Both the position numbers and the translations under genes were made by a program. Below are positions 59,190 through 64,000 of a stretch of DNA of 64,000 nt, piece by piece. Every line of letters starts with the position of its first letter. Position 1 is the first letter of the stretch. The stretch lies in NCBI RefSeq assembly GCF_009914755.1, contig NC_060944.1; one strand, 5' to 3'. The DNA is from the human T2T-CHM13v2.0 reference genome, Homo sapiens. The notes under the pieces are model-generated. The model did not search any database and was not told where the DNA came from. It saw nothing but the letters and a program-made list of their open reading frames with translations.

Positions 59190-61748
59190 TTTTGAACTCT
59201 TGAAAATAAGTGATAGGTCACGTACAATCTTAGAGTCATAGTGGCTTTTAACACCATGTGCTGCAATCTTTTCATTTAGAGTTGGGAGAAATTAAGGCCC
59301 CTTAGCAGATTGGTTGCTTAAGGCTTTTCCTAGAATAATTCTCTCTCCAGCTTGCCAGGATTCTCAGTAGGAGGACCCAGGTGGCATTCATTACGATGGC
59401 TTCCATTTTCCTAATCTTTTTTCCCAAAGCTAACCTTATTCCCACTCAGAGTTACTGTGACTGTCACTTCCCTACCCAGCAGTTACTCCACGCTTTCTTA
59501 AGCAAATGAAAAATAGCTTCTATTTACCAAATAGTTGACACCTTTCAGGATAAGGAAATGAGAGAAGATGTCACGGAGAGGGGAATTTCTTTTAAGCAAA
59601 AGAAATTATAGTCTATGGGATAAAGGTGGGAAATAGAAAAGAAAGAGGGACAAGTGAAGGGTTCTGCTAAGGCCACCTCCGGGCCATTCATCAAAAACTT
59701 CAGGAATTTTCTTAGAGTTGCCCTAAAATAATAGTATTAGCTATTTAAAAGTGACCTCAAGAGACATGAGGTTCTTATATTTATTTTTATTCTGGGAACA
59801 TGTGCATTGAGGTAAGAATTTTGAAACACTTGCGTATATTCTGTACAAAATGTGCGCTTTATCTCGTTTCTATTTTGAATTTCAAACAAATTTATGATGA
59901 GTAAGCAGTAGCTGTAAGTTTGACTTTAAATGAAAAATGATTAAGAAAAAAGAAAAGGTGGTGCCATAAATTGTGTTCAGCAATTTGTTTTGGGACATAA
60001 TGGAAAACTGTGCATGACTTCCTTGCAGGTAGAATACATGTGCCAAAAAGATCACTGTTTGCAAACATGAAAAGTTAGATCCATGTTATTGTGTTTTGTG
60101 AGATCATCATTACCTGCTATTCCTGACCTTATTATATTAAAAAAAATGCCTGTGTCATCTTAGGCTATTCTTCCACCCAATCATAAAAAGGACCAAATTC
60201 TTACTGTGTCAATACATTGCACTATTTGTCTTGGAATTTTATACTGGTAGGTGTCCTTTGTTGGAGAATGAGATTTACTCTACATTCTGCACATTTTGGA
60301 TATGTGTCAGGCAAATGAAGGATGCACAACTTAAACTTTTATATTGTGAAAACATCGTCTATCTGGAACATTTGTTTAAAAGCTCATAAGTCAAAAGAAA
60401 GACATTCGTATTAAAAAGATTTTTATTAAAAAAGGGGCAACTTGGATTTCAGTCTCTCCCTTACACACACAGAAGCAGCAGCAATTGCTATTCTGGTGAC
60501 TGTGGAAGAAAGCACCCCTGCCTTCTGTCTCCTGGGTGTCTTTTCTGCATTTGCTAGACAAGAACTTTTTTGGAGCCAGAGAGTGCTCAATGGTGCCCAC
60601 ATAAAAACAATTAATGTCAAACTGAAGGGAAAATGTCAACGCTGAGACATAGAAATGACTGTGATTTCAGACTGTGGGTTACTGTTAGTACAAGCCCACC
60701 TCTCCCCTGAAAGAGAAAACAGAAAACTGCATCAACAATAGCATCTCTTCTTTCCTTCCATCCGCTCCATTGCAGAGACAAGCTACTCTTCTGCATACCT
60801 CCATCTGCCTACCTTCTGATGCCTGGCAGCTAAGTAAGCCCTGATTGCATTACCGGTGTGCCTAGCCTGGAAGCAAGAACATGAGCACCACAAAAAAAAA
60901 AAAAAATCACCGTGACTTTTTGGAAGGAAGAAGAGTTCTAAGAAAATCTGGCTTCTTTGTTTAAATTTCTCCCTCCACATATAAAATATTGGTGTTGGCA
61001 GGGGAATACTGACATACTTTGAGAAAGGCAAGTTGATCTGTTTCACCTACTACCTTGATATTGGTTGTCATCTTTAGTAGTTAAGCCAAATGATGCCCAA
61101 TGAAAAGCTGGCACTAAGGATTAAAAATACTTTTTGAAAATACCTTGCTAGTAATTTTCCTGATAACTATATTATAATTTTCATTCATTCAACAAATATT
61201 TACAGGCATAATCAGCCAATGAAAAGGTGAAATCAGAAGAGGGAAATTAAGGAAGATATTACAAGAAAATATCTGAGAGCTAAACAAAAGTACTGGTCTT
61301 AAAGTCTAAATAGCAAGTACAGGAATGGAGTAGATTCAGGTAATGAGTAGGAAACTGGAAGATGACAGATAAATGAAAAAGACTTAATTTTTTTCTCTCC
61401 AAAAAAAAGTTAAAGTAGAAGGGTGGGGATAAATGTACCAGAAATGTATTATCCAAATATAAACCATGCTAAAACATGTAAGATTTTCAAAAACTGAAAA
61501 AAGAACTTAAAAAGATACATATATACTTGTTATTAGGAATGTTCCCTTCGGAAAGCCATGTGGGTTATGGTGTTGGAACTGAAACAAATAATCTGATATA
61601 TTCTAATATATGGCCTAGCAGAAAATTATAGTTGCAATTTCATACTCATGTAAATTTTTATTATATTTGTTTTAAACTTTCAGAATCAATTTATATGCAA
61701 ATAAAGTCATAATTATGAATGCGGAACAAGATAAAAACTGACCATTTA

Positions 61749-62052
61749 TTTTATTTATTGATTTATTTTTGAGACGGAGTCTCGCTCTGTCGCCCAGGCT
61801 GGAGTGCAGAGGCGCGATCTCGGCTCACTGCAAGCTCCGCCTCCTGGGCTCACCCGCCATTCTCCTGCCTCAGCCTCCCGAGTAGCTGGGACTACAGGCA
61901 CCCGCCACCATGCCCGGCTAATTTTTGTATTTTTAGTAGAGACGGGGTTTCACCATGTTAGCCAAGATGGTCTCGATCTCCTGACCTCACAATCCGCCCA
62001 CCTCGGCCTCCCAAAGTGCTGGGATTACAGGCGTGAGCCACCGCACCCAGCC
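61749..62052 (-). mobile_element. AluY
   Basis: gcaagctccgcctcc...gccattctcc diagnostics; TSD aaaaactgac(c/a)attta. Confidence 0.92.
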
Positions 62053-62863
62053 AAAAACTGACAATTTAAAAGTGAGTTTAAGCTAACGAGAGTTGGAAGT
62101 AAAAGGAATGGCAGGTAAATGTCCTCCTATCATAAAGGAGCCAAGGGATACTATTTTTAATGAGTGGATCAAGAGAGTTTGAGTATGTTGCTTGAGATTG
62201 TAGAGGTGACAGGGAGGAAAGGGCACAAGTGATAGAACTCTATCACAAGCAAGGAGAAAGGGCAGGTGAGAGATGGAATCAGAGATTTAAAGCCTCCTCA
62301 ATCAGAGCAGGATATTATAGTCAAATTCTAAAATCAGTCAAGGAAAAACATTATACACGCACACACGCACACACACATGAAAAAAGCATTACACACCCAT
62401 ATATATAAATAGAAATGTGTAAGTAAACCCCAGAAATTTAAGAATAGAAATGCTGAAAATTGTTGTCAAGAAACAGAACTAGGACGTAGAAGTGATCATT
62501 GCCTTTCCAACCCCTCTGAACAACTTTTAAGAAACTCTGTCTCTGTTTCATCGATAAATAATAGTTTTTTAGGTTACTATCATTTAACAAGCATATATTA
62601 CACCTGTCACTGGTCTAACATGAATTATCCCAATTCTCTCAAAAGCCCTATGAAATAAATTCTATTATTGCTTCCATTTTATAAGATATATGAATATTGG
62701 AGGACAAATTTAAAAAGACTTGTCCAACATGATTCTGTCACTCAGGACTTGCATTTGGCCTGGAGTAACAGAAAACCAAATCAAACAATAGCTGAGACAA
62801 ATTAAGGATTTTTAATTTGTGTTTTGTTCAGTTTTTCTTTTCTTTTCTTTTCTTTTCTTTTCA

Positions 62864-63261
62864 TGTAGCCGGAACCCTGAAGGTAGTGTTGTGGGTGCCA
62901 CTGCCTGGGGTGGGCATTGTGGGTGGTAAGAGAATTTACCAAGACAGTGATAGGTAAAGAAAGGCAGATTTATTAGAGAAAGTTTGAAGATATGTTGCAA
63001 AGGTGCAGTGGGCAGCACAGCAGAGAAGGGGCTGTCTGCAAAGAGGCAGGGATTGGAGGGAAGTTTCATAGGGTCATGATGGAGGGGTTATGTGCAGAAT
63101 GAGGTCATGCTTCTGGAGTTACTGGGACTACGTGCTGAAGGAGCTATTTGGGAACAGAGTGTTGTGCCAGCGGGTTGTCTGTGATTAGCCATCTCAGATT
63201 GTTCTCCCCAACCTAGGGCCCTTTCCTCATTGTTGCTTACTTATCTTATTAGGACTCCACA
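62864..63261 (-). mobile_element. ERV1-type solo LTR inserted in a MaLR remnant
   Basis: tgtag...ca ends; gcagatttattagag poly(A)-signal-like region on the - strand; family not identified. Confidence 0.55.
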
Positions 63262-64000
63262 GGTGGTTTCTGGCACTGATTCAGGAGCTCAGGGATAACA
63301 AGGCTGAGTGAGGCCCCTATGATTCTCGTGGCCTTTTTCTCATAGATCGAGATGCCTCTGTAGCTCTAGCCTTTCCATTTACATTCCCTACAGTAAAAGG
63401 AAAAGAGATCTATATCAGGAAACACATTTTCCCAGAACCCTCCAGCAGGCATCTGCTTACATGTGATTTGCCATGTGGCACATGTTGGTCACCCAGCTGC
63501 TAAGGACATTGGAAAATGGATATTTTTTTTTCAGTTGAACATATTATTGGCCTGAGCACTGTTGGGCCTCTGTTAGGCAAGAAGGATAAAATAGATATGA
63601 GATAGCATTTGGCAGAAGGTCCCAGCTAGAAAATGGTAGAATTGTGTTCTGAAATCCAATAAATTATAACCATGATAAGCTAGAACAAGGATCTGCAATA
63701 TGAAAGTCAGGAAGAGCCATTAAATAAACTGATATCAATATTTTACTTTTAAATTAGAAGACAAGAAAAAAAAAAAAACTGTGTTTAAGAGTCACTATTC
63801 CAAGGCCTTCACAGGCAGTGAGAATGGTCAAAGATGGAACAATCAAGGCCAAAGACAAAGAATCGTTCTTATAGCAGAGGAAGAACTAACGGGATTGAGT
63901 TACCAAGGGCAAAATACCCTCTTCATTTGAAGAGAAGAATCTAGCTTGCAAAAAGGTTTAAAATAAAGTTGGAAGGTATAATTAAGGTAATTTAAAACAA

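Overview
Human or great-ape genomic DNA, AT-rich and repeat-dense, lying inside the PLCB1 gene (phospholipase C beta 1, + strand; human 20p12). The only host coding exon is a 138-bp phase 0-0 exon at 52217-52354 encoding [46 protein letters not shown] (PH-domain region, exon 4 by my recollection); the ORF track misses it. The rest is intron filled with Alu, L1, L2, MIR, MaLR/ERV LTRs and DNA-transposon fossils. The main feature is a full-length L1PA2-type LINE-1 (19022-25050, - strand, 15-16 bp TSD) with an intact 5'UTR and ORF1 and a disrupted ORF2. Its antisense promoter/ORF0 points in the PLCB1 direction, and its first ORF0 splice donor reads CAG|GTAAGG, close to the ideal 5' splice site. 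Other notable items: a retroposed 5' half of tRNA-Cys between 18-bp direct repeats (36727-36758), a ~230-bp inverted duplication (43412-44148), three MADE1/Hsmar1 MITEs within 14 kb, two ATG|GTAAGT exon candidates in frame with the PLCB1 exon, and a 259-nt pure pyrimidine tract. Repeat subfamily names come from memory of consensus sequences, and boundaries of old repeats are approximate. No prokaryotic-type system (CRISPR etc.) is present.
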